DNA of 64,000 bases from Macrostomum lignano (taxonomy: Eukaryota), in contig NIVC01000887.1 of the NCBI GenBank assembly GCA_002269645.1, positions 198,510 through 262,509 of the forward strand, read 5' to 3'. Positions 53,612 through 64,000 of the stretch are shown here, in pieces. The position numbers and the translations under genes were made by a program. Position 1 is the first letter of the stretch. The number at the start of each line of letters is the position of its first letter. The notes under the pieces were generated by a model. The model was not told the DNA's origin. It worked only from the letters and a program-made list of their open reading frames with translations, and made no database searches.

Positions 53612-56600
53612 ATGAGCACCCACTGTCTGCTGCTGGCTCTAAAGAAAGGCAGCCGCTACAGCGACCACACGCTGCCAAAGCTTGACTCGGAACAAAACGC
53701 GATGCCGTCCAGTGATCGAATTCGCTGCGCTTCAAAGACAGTTGTCAAGGCGCCTACTCACTCGTGGGACTCGGTGGGCCCATGCAGACAGCACCGCGCT
53801 GCACAGTCTCACTGCCTGCATCCGGGTGAGCAAATTATTTAAACTGCTGTCGGCTGTTTCGCAGGCAGGGTAGCTCAGCGGTTGATGTGGTTCGGACTTT
53901 TAGTCGTCTCGCAAAAAAGTACCCATGCATGCAGGTTCCGGTTTTGTTCACGACCACCACAAAGGCACCCCTGGCAAAAATTGATAGCTAAACATTTTGG
54001 ATATTTAATCGATCAGATCTCGTCAACTATGTAATCGCAGAACTATAGAAGGGTTGTGGGCACCATCACGGCGCAGTGCCATCGCCATCGGCGATGCATC
54101 GTTCTACAACCAGCTCTAAGGCAATTTTCCCATTCCGCGCTGACTCCTGAGCACACAGGCGCGTTGCCACTGGGGAGGAAAGGGGGGACATGCCCTCCCC
54201 CAGTAAAAGCTATGGGGGGCATGCCCATGCTTTATTGTCCCCCCCACCCCACCTTGTGACTCCATTGTGGTAATCAATAATTTTTCTTCACGGCACCAAA
54301 ATATAGCGCCTTCGGCGCTAAAATGAGTGCTTGTGGCGTCAAATTGAGTGCCTGGGGCGCCAAAATGAATGCCTTCGGCGCCAAAAACAAGTGCCTGGGG
54401 CGCCAAAATGAGTGCCATGCGGCGCCAAAATTAGTGCCTTCGGCGCCAAAATGAGTGCCTGCGGCGCCGAAATGAGTGCCTGCGGCGCTAAAATGAGTGC
54501 CTGCGGCGTCAAAATGAGTGCTGACAACACGATTCTAAAAATAATGTACATGTAGGAATTTTCTCATGTACATGTACATGTTGAATTGTAGGCTTTGTCC
54601 CCCCCCCACCATAAAATCCATGGCGACGCCCCTGTGAGCACATATAGTACAAGCGCGCCAATACCGGTACACATTCAGGCATCTATACAGTACATGTACA
54701 CAGGCTCACAAGCCGCCCTGACATTCTAATCGTAAGGCATGTACAGGCTCGGTGCCCTGGAGGTTGGCACACACAGGTATGAATCTGCCTCTGTTATTCG
54801 CGTAAAGCCAGTGTTAAACTGTTAATGATTTTCTAAGAAACAAATTAGTACAAAGTACATGCAGTCCTCAGTTGTCACCCCAAAACCCTCTGCATAACCC
54901 AGACGCGCAAGCGGCAGACCTGCGAGCCTCGGATGACTGCTCGGTTGTCTCGGACGACATTCGCAGCTGCGCGTCGGACGCCGTGTCACAGGACTCCAGC
55001 CTGTCGCATTATTTCCCTAGCGAGCGTCGCCTGCGACACCAGAAACGTCGAAAAAGCGGCGGTCGACGGCAGGCAATTCAGCGGCAGGAATTTTTCGCCA
55101 CCGGTTCGGCTGTGTCCATGAGCTGCTACGCCGGCAACAGGACCGCTTTTGCAGCTTTGAGCGACAGGTCAACAAGGCAGTGCCAGCCAGTTCGCGCTCC
55201 GAGTCACCCGTCCGGACTGTGTAAGCCGCTAATCCACGAGCCCTGGTTCGATTCCGTGTACAGGTCACATTCATTTGGAGTTTGTGCACAAAATATCGGC
55301 CAGGGGCCGTGCGGATTCACAGCCATGAGGGTCAATCCCCCCACCCAAGGCACATAGAGTGTACAATGCCTGTATAAGTGCATGAGTACATGCTTGCGTA
55401 CAGTATCGGCGCGCTTGTATGTGCTCAGGAGGGGGGGGGGGGTTCACAAACTCGAAGTTTCACAACGTCGAAAGCACCTCCTTTGACAAGATCGAAATTT
55501 CACAATGTCGAAACTTCACAACATCGAAAACTTGAATAGCAACCACTTTCACAAGGTCGAAACTTCACAACCTCGAAAACTTGAATAGCAACCACTTTCA
55601 TAAGGTCGAAACTTCACAACATCGAAAACTTGAATAGCAACCACTTTCACAAGGTCGAAACTTCACAACATCGAAAACTTGAATAGCAACCACTTTCACA
55701 AGGTCGAAACTTCACAACATCGAAAACTTGAATAGCAACCACTTTCATAAGGTCGAAACTTCACAACATCGAAAACTTGAATAGCAACCACTTTCATAAG
55801 GTCGAAACTTCACAACATCGAAAACTTGAATAGCAACCACTTTCACAAGGTCGAAACTTCACAACATCGAAAACTTGAATAGCAACCACTTTCATAAGGT
55901 CGAAACTTCACAACATCGAAAACTTGAATAGCAACCACTTTCATAAGGTCGAAACTTCACAACATCGAAAACTTGAATAGCAACCACTTTCATAAGGTCG
56001 AAACTTCACAACATCGAAAACTTGAATAGCAACCACTTTCACAAGGTCGAAACTTCACAACATCGAAAACTTGAATAGCAACCACTTTCACAAGGTCGAA
56101 ACTTCACAACATCGAAAACTTGAATAGCAACCACTTTCATAAGGTCGAAACTTCACAACATCGAAAACTTGAATAGCAACCACTTTCATAAGGTCGAAAC
56201 TTCACAACATCGAAAACTTGAATAGCAACCACTTTCATAAGGTCGAAACTTCACAACATCGAAAACTTGAATAGCAACCACTTTCATAAGGTCGAAACTT
56301 CACAACATCGAAAACTTGAATAGCAACCACTTTCATAAGGTCGAAACTTCACAACATCGAAAACTTGAATAGCAGCCACTTTCATAAGGTCGAAACTTCA
56401 CAACATCGAAAACTTGAATAGCAGCCACTTTCATAAGGTCGAAACTTCACAACATCGAAAACTTGAATAGCAGCCACTTTCATAAGGTCGAAACTTCACA
56501 ACATCGAAAACTTGAATAGCAACCACTTTCATAAGGTCGAAACTTCACAACATCGAAAACTTGAATAGCAGCCACTTTCATAAGGTCGAAACTTCACAAC

Positions 56601-59600
56601 ATCGAAAACTTGAATAGCAACCACTTTCATAAGGTCGAAACTTCACAACATCGAAAACTTGAATAGCAACCACTTTCATAAGGTCGAAACTTCACAACAT
56701 CGAAAACTTGAATAGCAGCCACTTTCATAAGGTCGAAACTTCACAACATCGAAAACTTGAATAGCAACCACTTTCACAAGGTCGAAACTTCACAAGGTCG
56801 AAACTTCACAACATCGAAAACTCAAATAGCAACCACTTTCACAAGATCGAAATTTCACAAGGTCGAAATTTCACAACATCGAAAACTTGAATAGCAGCCA
56901 CTTTCATAAGGTCGAAACTTCACAACATCGAAAACTTGAATAGCAGCCACTTTCATAAGGTCGAAACTTCACAACATCGAAAACTTGAATAGCAACCACT
57001 TTCACAAGGTCGAAACTTCACAAGGTCGAAACTTCACAACATCGAAAACTCAAATAGCAACTACTTTCACAAGATCGAAATTTCACAAGGTCGAAATTTC
57101 ACAACATTGAAAACTTGAATAGCAGCCACTTTCACAACGTCGAAACTTCATAAGCTCGAAATGGACACAATTACCCCAGCGCTGGTTGTAGGACGATATC
57201 GCCTAAGGCGTTACATCAGGCTTCCTGCAACTTTGTATATGCATGGCCTGAGGTAGCTGGGCGCTTTCTATGAGTTCTCGTAAGATTTACAGCGATCCGC
57301 ACTATAGCAGTATTATATTTCGTGTAGCTTCCAGTTGCAATAAAGGCAACGAATGAATGACTGAAGAAAAATGAAGAAAAAACAGCCTTGCATAATATTT
57401 TCTTAGTGAACAGGTGATAGTGGACAGGTGGGTAGGGGGAGTAGACGGATTAGGTACAGGGGGAGTGGACAGGTGGGTAGAGGGAGTGGACAGATTGGGT
57501 AGGGGGAGTTGACAGGTGGGTATTGGGAAGTGGACAGGTGGGTAGGGGGAAGTGGACGGATTGGGTAGGGGGAGTGGACAGGTGGGTATTGGGAAGTGGA
57601 CAGGTGGGTAGGGGGAGTGGACAGGTGGGTATTGGGAAGTGGACAGGTGGGTAGGGGGAAGTGGACAGGTGGGTTGGGGGGGAGTGGACAGGTGGGTAGG
57701 GGGAAGTGGACAGGTGGGTAGGGGGAAGTGGACAGGTGGGTAGGGGGAAGTGGACAGGTGGGTTGGGGGAAGTGGACAGGTGGGTTGGGGGAAGTGGACA
57801 GGTGGGTTGGGGGGAAGTGGACAGGTGGGTTGGGGGGAAGTGGACAGGTGGGTTGGGGGGAAGTGGACAGGTGGGTTGGGGGGAAGTGGACAGGTGGGTT
57901 GGGGGGAAGTGGACAGGTGGGTTGGGGGAAGTGGACAGATTGGGTAGGGGGGGAAGTGGACAGATGGGGCAGGGGGATCGATTCGGATGAATGTTTGGAA
58001 GGTAAAGCTGACAGGTGAGGAGGCCTGTCTATATAGCTCAATTTAACATTGCGGATAGTAACAGTTATCGATCGATTCCAGGTTACTATAAATAATGAAT
58101 CATGACGCTGAATTAAGAATCTTGATGGCGCCCCCTGACCTCCACCGCAGTCTCCAACGCCAACTGTCAGGTCCAGCCGAGCCCAGTCAGGATGATCAAC
58201 CACGCGTCGGCCTGCGGCACTCAGTCCGGCGAAACGGCGACAGCGAACGAAGAGGTCGACGACGACCACGCTGCCGGATGTTCGATCTATGCCAATCAGA
58301 GCCGATGCCGATGGACGCCTCGGCGCCTAACGGCGGACTGCAGCGACATCCGGGATCAAAGCTTGGCGAGCCGAGCCGGGCACGATGGTGAAGGCGACTG
58401 CTCTGAGATTGCATGTTGCTCTGAGCAGCAGCAGAGTCCGACGATGCCAGCAGCTCCGCCGCCGGCGGGCTGGCAGTGCCAGCAGTGCTTGGCGCAGTAC
58501 TCAGCTGACGGCGTGCAGGTGACGCCAACATCAATTCGACAGCTTGTTCAGCAGCAGCAACAACCGCTGGCGTCCTCCAGGTACTGCTGGACTAAATATA
58601 TTTTATTGGCCTCAATCCTAAACATTGTGGAGACTCACGTGAATGACATGGAGACGAGGGTAGAACCTAAAGCTGAAAGATCTGAAAATGATGCTGACCC
58701 ATTAAAAGAACCTGGGATGGAAGCTGCTCCACAGTAACTATTCGAAAAGACCCACCTTAAGAATCTGGAAGAGAAACAGATACACATAGGATCTGAAAGG
58801 GAAACAAACCCAACCTGGAGAATCTGGAAGCAATACAGACCCACCTGAAGGATCTGGAAGGAATACAGACCCACCTGAAGGATCTGGAAGGAATACAGAC
58901 CCACCTGAAGGATCTGGAAGGAATACAGACCCACCTGAAGGATCTGGAAGGAATACAGACCCACCTGAAGGATCTGGAAGGAATACAGACCCACCTGAAG
59001 GATCTGGAAGGGAAACTGAAAATTAAAAAAAAACTCGACTGCATGCATTTTTCAAAGGAGCTCAACTGGCCTAGCCTCGTACGATGAACAGCAATGCAGT
59101 AATTTTGAGTCTGTTTACCAGAAACAGCAGCAACAGCAGCAGCAGCAGCAACTGGTACTGCGGCATCAGCGAACGCGGCGACGACAGGAAAGGCGACAAC
59201 AGCAGCAGCAGCAGGAGGAGCAACAGCAGCAGCAGCAGCAGCAGCAGCAACGGCGGCCGCGATACGAACACCAATATGCCAGCGATGACGAATTGGAGGA
59301 TGTCTTGAGCTCCGATCAGGACCAGCTGCAGACTGTCGTCACTGCCGAGCAGTCTACTAATCCAATGAAGGCGAAGAGCTGCAGACTGCAGTACGAAAGG
59401 CTGCTAGCGCAAGCCGGCAGGCCGTCAGCTGTTCCCACAGTCACCACAGTAGCGAATCGCCGACTGGGCCGACTGGGCCGATTGAAAACGCCGGAGATCT
59501 GCAAGCTGAGCAGCGGCGGCGGCAGCGGCAGCGGTAAAACAGCAGATGCTGCACTGTGCAATGGACGCAGACGAATCAGGAGTAACAGGCGGCAGCGGTC

Positions 59601-59766
59601 CAATTACGGCGGTCGTCAAATCCCTGCAGACGGTGACGACACCGGGAGCAGTAGCTTTAGAATGTCATCAGCGGCGTCGACCGCTCAGAGCGAGCAGCTG
59701 AGCCGCAGAGCCAGGTTCAGGCCGTCAGCTGCTGCCCGACAACTTTTACAACAGCGGGCATGGTAG
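53612..59766 (+). CDS. Candidate low-complexity Q/R/S-rich multi-exon gene (segments ~53612-53826, ~54903-55168, ~58151-58580, 59122-59766)
   Basis: GC-rich exon-like segments with plausible gt/ag sites. The first junction is phase-consistent (ccg g|gtgagc...cag|ac). The last segment is an open poly-Q frame ending QQRAW*. Middle junctions are unresolved and no domain was recognised. Confidence 0.35.
54045..54780 (-). mobile_element. Diverged SINE copy interrupted by a hAT MITE
   Basis: cccattccgcgctgactcctgagca...tacaagcgcgc...aggcatgtaca aligns by eye to 52315-52450. Confidence 0.6.
54156..54634. mobile_element. hAT-type MITE, 8-bp TSD TGAGCACA
   Basis: TSD at 54148-54155 and 54635-54642; TIR CAGGCGCGTTGCCA vs CAGGGGCGTCGCCA (12/14); internal GGCGCCAAAATGAGTGCC tandem repeats. 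Confidence 0.85.
55190..55430 (+). mobile_element. SINE copy (B box 55245-55255); the body resumes at ~57170 after an inserted array
   Basis: GGTTCGATTCC...cacattcatttggag...ggcgcgcttgtatgtgctcaggag; the continuation aattaccccagcgctggttgtaggacgatatcgcc matches the 54045-54130 copy. Confidence 0.6.
55441..57168. repeat. 49-bp tandem array (AAGGTCGAAACTTCACAACATCGAAAACTTGAATAGCAACCACTTTCAT)n
   Basis: Period 49 (AAGG at 55553, 55602 and onward). Confidence 0.97.
57420..57965. repeat. ~23-bp G-rich minisatellite (GTGGACAGGTGGGTTGGGGGGAA)n
   Basis: Visible array. Confidence 0.95.
58800..59010. repeat. 30-bp minisatellite (AAGGATCTGGAAGGAATACAGACCCACCTG)n
   Basis: Visible array. Confidence 0.94.
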
Positions 59767-60512
59767 CCGGCTGATGAGGGGTATTAATAAAATGTTTAAC
59801 CCTAGTTTTTTTCCAACCGTCCGCTTTGGACGGCGCTGTGTCGGTTATTTTCTCTAAAATAACATTGTCTCCCGTACATCCCCCCGAACCCCCCGATTCC
59901 GTGGTATTCGCACAGTCAGAAATCTTGCAGCAGTTTGAGTGTAAATCTGTCAGAGCAGCTCCCTCTTACGAGTTGTTATGGATGCTTTTTTTCCCTAACC
60001 TGTGTCCGCCTCGCCCGCGCACTTTTTAGTTTAGTCGCGTCAGTAATAAAACCCATACTGTGGCCCCATTATTTTTGTCACAATTTTCAATCAGCGATTT
60101 TTTCTCCGGCAATTTCATGTCGATCTAAGATGCGTCTTGTTTCGGGGGTGTTTTTTGGAGTTTAAAAAACTTTTTTTTCTGGTTTAAGCGTTGTACACTA
60201 CAGTGTCCTAGATAGCTAGAATAGGTCCGAGAATAAAGAGAAATAAAGAAAAACCCTGAGCTACATGTACATGTAGACTACTATAACTGTAAGATAAGAT
60301 GAGATGAGAATTCTGGTGCAATTCTAAGATTTTTAGGTGTGGTCCTCATCACATGCACATGCATTTACATTAAAAATACATTAACTACATGTAAAACATA
60401 CTGTATATAGCATGTACATTGCATGGCTTGGCATATGTGATCTTACATGTACATGTACATGTACGTGCATTATTGTGATGAACTTTTACTACATAAATAC
60501 TATAATATAAAT

Positions 60513-60700
60513 AGGTCTGTGTGCACCCTTGACATCGATCGGCGACCTCGTCCCACAACTATAGCGACGATCGGCAATATTCTGCCCCATTCCACTGACT
60601 CCTGCAGAGCACTACTACACTGTATACTGCTTGGATATTGTGCGAACAACATACATGTACACACGTGCTGCACCCAACCCTCGCGCAGGGCCTTTTGTGA
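60513..60700 (-). mobile_element. Degenerate SINE 3' fragment
   Basis: tgtgtgcaccct...cacaac...ccccattccactgactcctg resembles 52255-52345. Confidence 0.45.
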
Positions 60701-62878
60701 CTTTCAGCAAAACGACATTTGCCAGCTGCAGACTTTATTCCATCAGTTGCATATGTGATCATGGTTCGGGGGGCCTTCTTCGATCTAGAACGCAGGATTT
60801 TTGGGCCTCAGAGGGTATGCAGACACGAATCACTTAGCGCTCTGGCCTCTCACTCCTGATAGATGGTCAAGCCCCCAATGCTGTTCTTCCCAATTCCTCT
60901 TCTCTTTTCATTCTTTCCCTCTTACTCTAAATTTTCAAATCTCTATCTTCTGCCTCATTTGACTTCTCTTACTATTAACTTGTTTCTCTTCTTTGTTCCT
61001 CTTAATTATCACATCGAAAACCTTATCCTCATTCTTTACCATTCTCCCTCATGTTCCCCGGCCTTTCTTCTCTCTTCCCACAACCCTCTAGCTCTTCTCC
61101 ATGTATCATGTGATTGCCTGTTCCTTTGTGAGGCACTTAAGGCTTAAATAAGCACAGCATTTAAATAAACAAGGAATTAATTCAACATATTGGTCAATTT
61201 TAAACAATGTGTTAAATTTTGTCAGTTGTGTACAAAATGGTGCTATATCTCCGTTGTTTTTTTTCTATTTTTTATCTAATTACACTAGTGCTCTTGGGAC
61301 CATGTGCTTGGCGAAAAACTGTACCCTAGCTGATTCAGTACATGCAGTCTGTGGTGCTGTGCAAGTAACTATAGCAGCTATAGTAAACCGTTTGTCGAAG
61401 CAATAATTGAAATAACTGAAACTTAAATATTCATTTTGACTGCAATTAAATATTGCGTATAAATTAAGCCGTTTCTCTACATGGTACACGGGCCTGCCGT
61501 TCCTACATGTCATGTAGATTAGCGCCCAACTTTGCATCATGTTTTAAAGACCAATTCGAACAACCTGGCGAAAAATTATATCATTCTAAAGTGCAACTGA
61601 TCTGGTGTTTTGAGCATTTAAAGTTTAGCTGCATGCAGGGCGACTGTCTCTGAATACATACATGTACATGTACAGTAATCACCGCTGATCCAATACAAGG
61701 CGCATTTTTATCCCCGCGAGAGGCCGCGGTGTATATCAAGAGATTTCTGACTGGACCAGCCGTTTTGTTATACTCAATGTTGAATTTTCTGATTGGTCGA
61801 TCCTGGGATGACTAGCTGGACTCTGATTGGCTGAGCTCCAGAAAGTGCATAGGTTTAAAAAACGCGAAATTTCATAACCGCTGAAAGAAAGCACTTGCTT
61901 CATCACAAACGCGAAACTTCATAATCGCTAAATTTTTCGAACTCGCTTTCATTTCTCGCAGCTAGTCTTTTTAGCGGTTTTGAAGGCCTCCCAAAACCTC
62001 AAAATTCTCTCTCCGTCGGGACCTGAAATTTTCAGGAAACTTAACAGGGACAGGGAAAAATCTAAGCAATATAATGCCTCCGCCAGTCATGCGTCAAAAG
62101 CAACAGGAGCTATAGAGGATCATGCTGTACATCGTGAAGCTGTCAAAAATTGAGATAAAGCACTCTGCAAAAGCAAGTGAAAAGTAGCCAGGCTATCGTA
62201 ATCAAAATCGGCCCCAGCAGGCAGTAGGCAAAATGCATGTACATGTATAAATCCCAAAAATTCTGAATGTTGGTCTGAAAAATGAAAAACACGAAACTTT
62301 CCTACAAGAGTAAGATAAAGGAGATATGCCCGGATAACAAAACTACAGTTAGACGTCTCCAAATAGGTATTTTTGTTGCAGCGTACGCAGGGTTTTTAGG
62401 GGGTGCATGAGAGGTGACGGAGGTCTGTGGCGCGGGGCCACCAGGCAGAGTACGATTTCTGTTACATGTTTTCATCAGCGACTGACCTCCTCCGAAAACG
62501 TCATTGTCGCAATTGGGCATTCCGGTGTGCATGTACTCTCAGCATGAATTGAAGCAGCGAGTCTTTCAATTTTCCCCCAATGGAAAATCGTGGGTATTTT
62601 TAGAACGTACGCAGGAAAAACGATTCATTTATGATCGTTCAGGCAATTGTTTTAATAAATATTATTTATACTATACTATTATTATTATATAACTATAGTA
62701 TTATACAAATATATTACTAATATTACATTTATTATTTATGATTGACATTGTGTGAACTGCTAGATCGATAATGTAAAACAGATGACTTAAACGGCCCGAC
62801 AGTAACGTCTGCTGATAGTGGCGTGGCGTCGTATCATCATCACTAAACACCTAAACCTAACAGTCAAGTTAGTTAAAC

Positions 62879-62894
62879 GGCCCTTTTCAGGGCA
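62879..62894 (+). promoter_or_regulatory. Orphan histone-type 3' stem-loop (one terminal mismatch)
   Basis: aaacGGCCCTTTTCAGGGCa; no histone CDS recognised upstream on +. Confidence 0.6.
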
Positions 62895-63406
62895 AAATTG
62901 TCTGTCAGTCACATCACAAACTAACAGACCCCAGACCCATTTTATCACCAGTAAAAATTTATGAAAGCGTGATCAGTGTTTACTAATAGAAATTTTGTGA
63001 GGTGTCAAATTGAGTTAACTTGATGAATGGTGGCATTGCAATGTGGAAGAGCCTTTTAGTTTTAGTTTTAGGCTTTTAGCGTGTACTGTCAAAATGAAAC
63101 TGCACTGCTAAGTTGTGAACCAGGGCAGGGTTAAGAGATCTAGAAGGATCTAATTCTAGTAGATCTTTTTCAGATCGTAAGCCCTACGGAATTAAATACG
63201 AAATTATACCAACTGCTTGGGTCTTTGGCTACCTGACAGGAGTTAACTTACTAATAATTATTATATTTTCGTATTGAGCATTGCTCTTTTGCCGTAATAG
63301 CTAAATTTCAGGACATGCTAACCTAGCCTTTAATTAGATTTTGATAAAGTTAAAATACTCGACTCTAAGAGTCTAATGAGACTGTCAGACATCATGCGAG
63401 CTTGGT

Positions 63407-63422
63407 GGCCCTGAAAAGGGCC
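63407..63422 (-). promoter_or_regulatory. Histone mRNA 3' stem-loop of H2A
   Basis: Minus strand reads aaaacGGCCCTTTTCAGGGCCaccaa, the canonical SLBP site. Confidence 0.92.
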
Positions 63423-63514
63423 GTTTTAGCGTTCGTGATTTATTGCGTCATTTGATAAGGTTAGACGCCACTAAATGCAGTCTGGTCACTGGTAGTTCCG
63501 GTGCAGAGCCACAC

Positions 63515-63893
63515 TTAATTAGGCCTTGCGGGCACCTTTGTCTTCTTAGGCAGCAGCACGGCCTGGATGTTGGGCAGAACGCCGCCCTGAGCGATGGTGA
63601 CGCCGCTCAGCAGCTTGTTCAGCTCCTCGTCGTTGCGGAGCCAGCTGAAGATGACGTGGGATGATCCTAGTCTTCTGTTGTCACGAGCAGCGTTGCCAGC
63701 CAGCTCGAGCACCTCGGCAGCCAGGTACTCCAGCACAGCGGCCAGGTACACCGGAGCGCCGGCACCAACGCGCTCAGCGTAGTTGCCCTTACGCAGCAGA
63801 CGGTGAATACGGCGACCGGGAATTGCAGTCCCGCGCGAGACGAGCGAGTCTTTGCCTTGCTCCTGGCCTTGCCACCTTGCCACGTCCAGACAT
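63515..63893 (-). pseudogene. H2A: Replication-dependent histone H2A with several small deletions (pseudogene or consensus errors)
   Basis: MSGRGK start, [45 protein letters not shown] and [32 protein letters not shown]. Intronless; at least four 1-2 nt deletions. Confidence 0.9.
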
Positions 63894-64000
63894 GTTGAAT
63901 TCTTCTGAATTGAATTTAAAGACTAGAGATGAAGTGAAGTCGTTGATTTAAGAACTAAGCGACGGCCTAACATATTATATACGAATCAACACAGAAATTT

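Noticed and set aside
55170-55357. 3' part of ORF 54872-55357 as coding
   Set aside because: It overlaps a SINE head and body.
59794-63134. piggyBac element (TTAA-CCCT...AGGG-TTAA)
   Set aside because: Only 4 bp of terminal match, with no extended TIR and no transposase.

Overview
Eukaryotic (invertebrate animal) genomic DNA with GC-rich, Q/A/S-rich exons and nearly every large intron filled by its own mini- or microsatellite. This style resembles a Macrostomum-like flatworm (inference only). Supported genes: (1) first coding exon of a tetraspanin (-, 794-1096); (2) an SH3-domain protein (+, ~7774-11781); (3) a 4-exon Shaw/Kv3-type potassium channel (-, 19510-35422) with a probable alternative terminal exon at 13710-13952; (4) a 10-exon CENP-E-like kinesin-7 (-, 38084-48225, all splice phases consistent, ~1982 aa, ends in CRQS); (5) a frameshifted replication-dependent histone H2A with its 3' stem-loop (-, 63515-63893). 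Two weaker multi-exon gene candidates lie at 3.3-6.7 kb and 53.6-59.8 kb. Mobile DNA: a dead mariner, a Tc1/mariner-type foldback MITE, and a tRNA-derived SINE family (about 7 copies), four of which carry a different nested insertion. Most long ORFs in the supplied track are satellite read-through artefacts. No CRISPR, rRNA or intact tRNA was found. I found no clear new multi-gene system; the best leads are the atypical Kv subunit and its alternative tail, the SINE/MITE nesting, and an orphan histone stem-loop. All alignments were done by eye.
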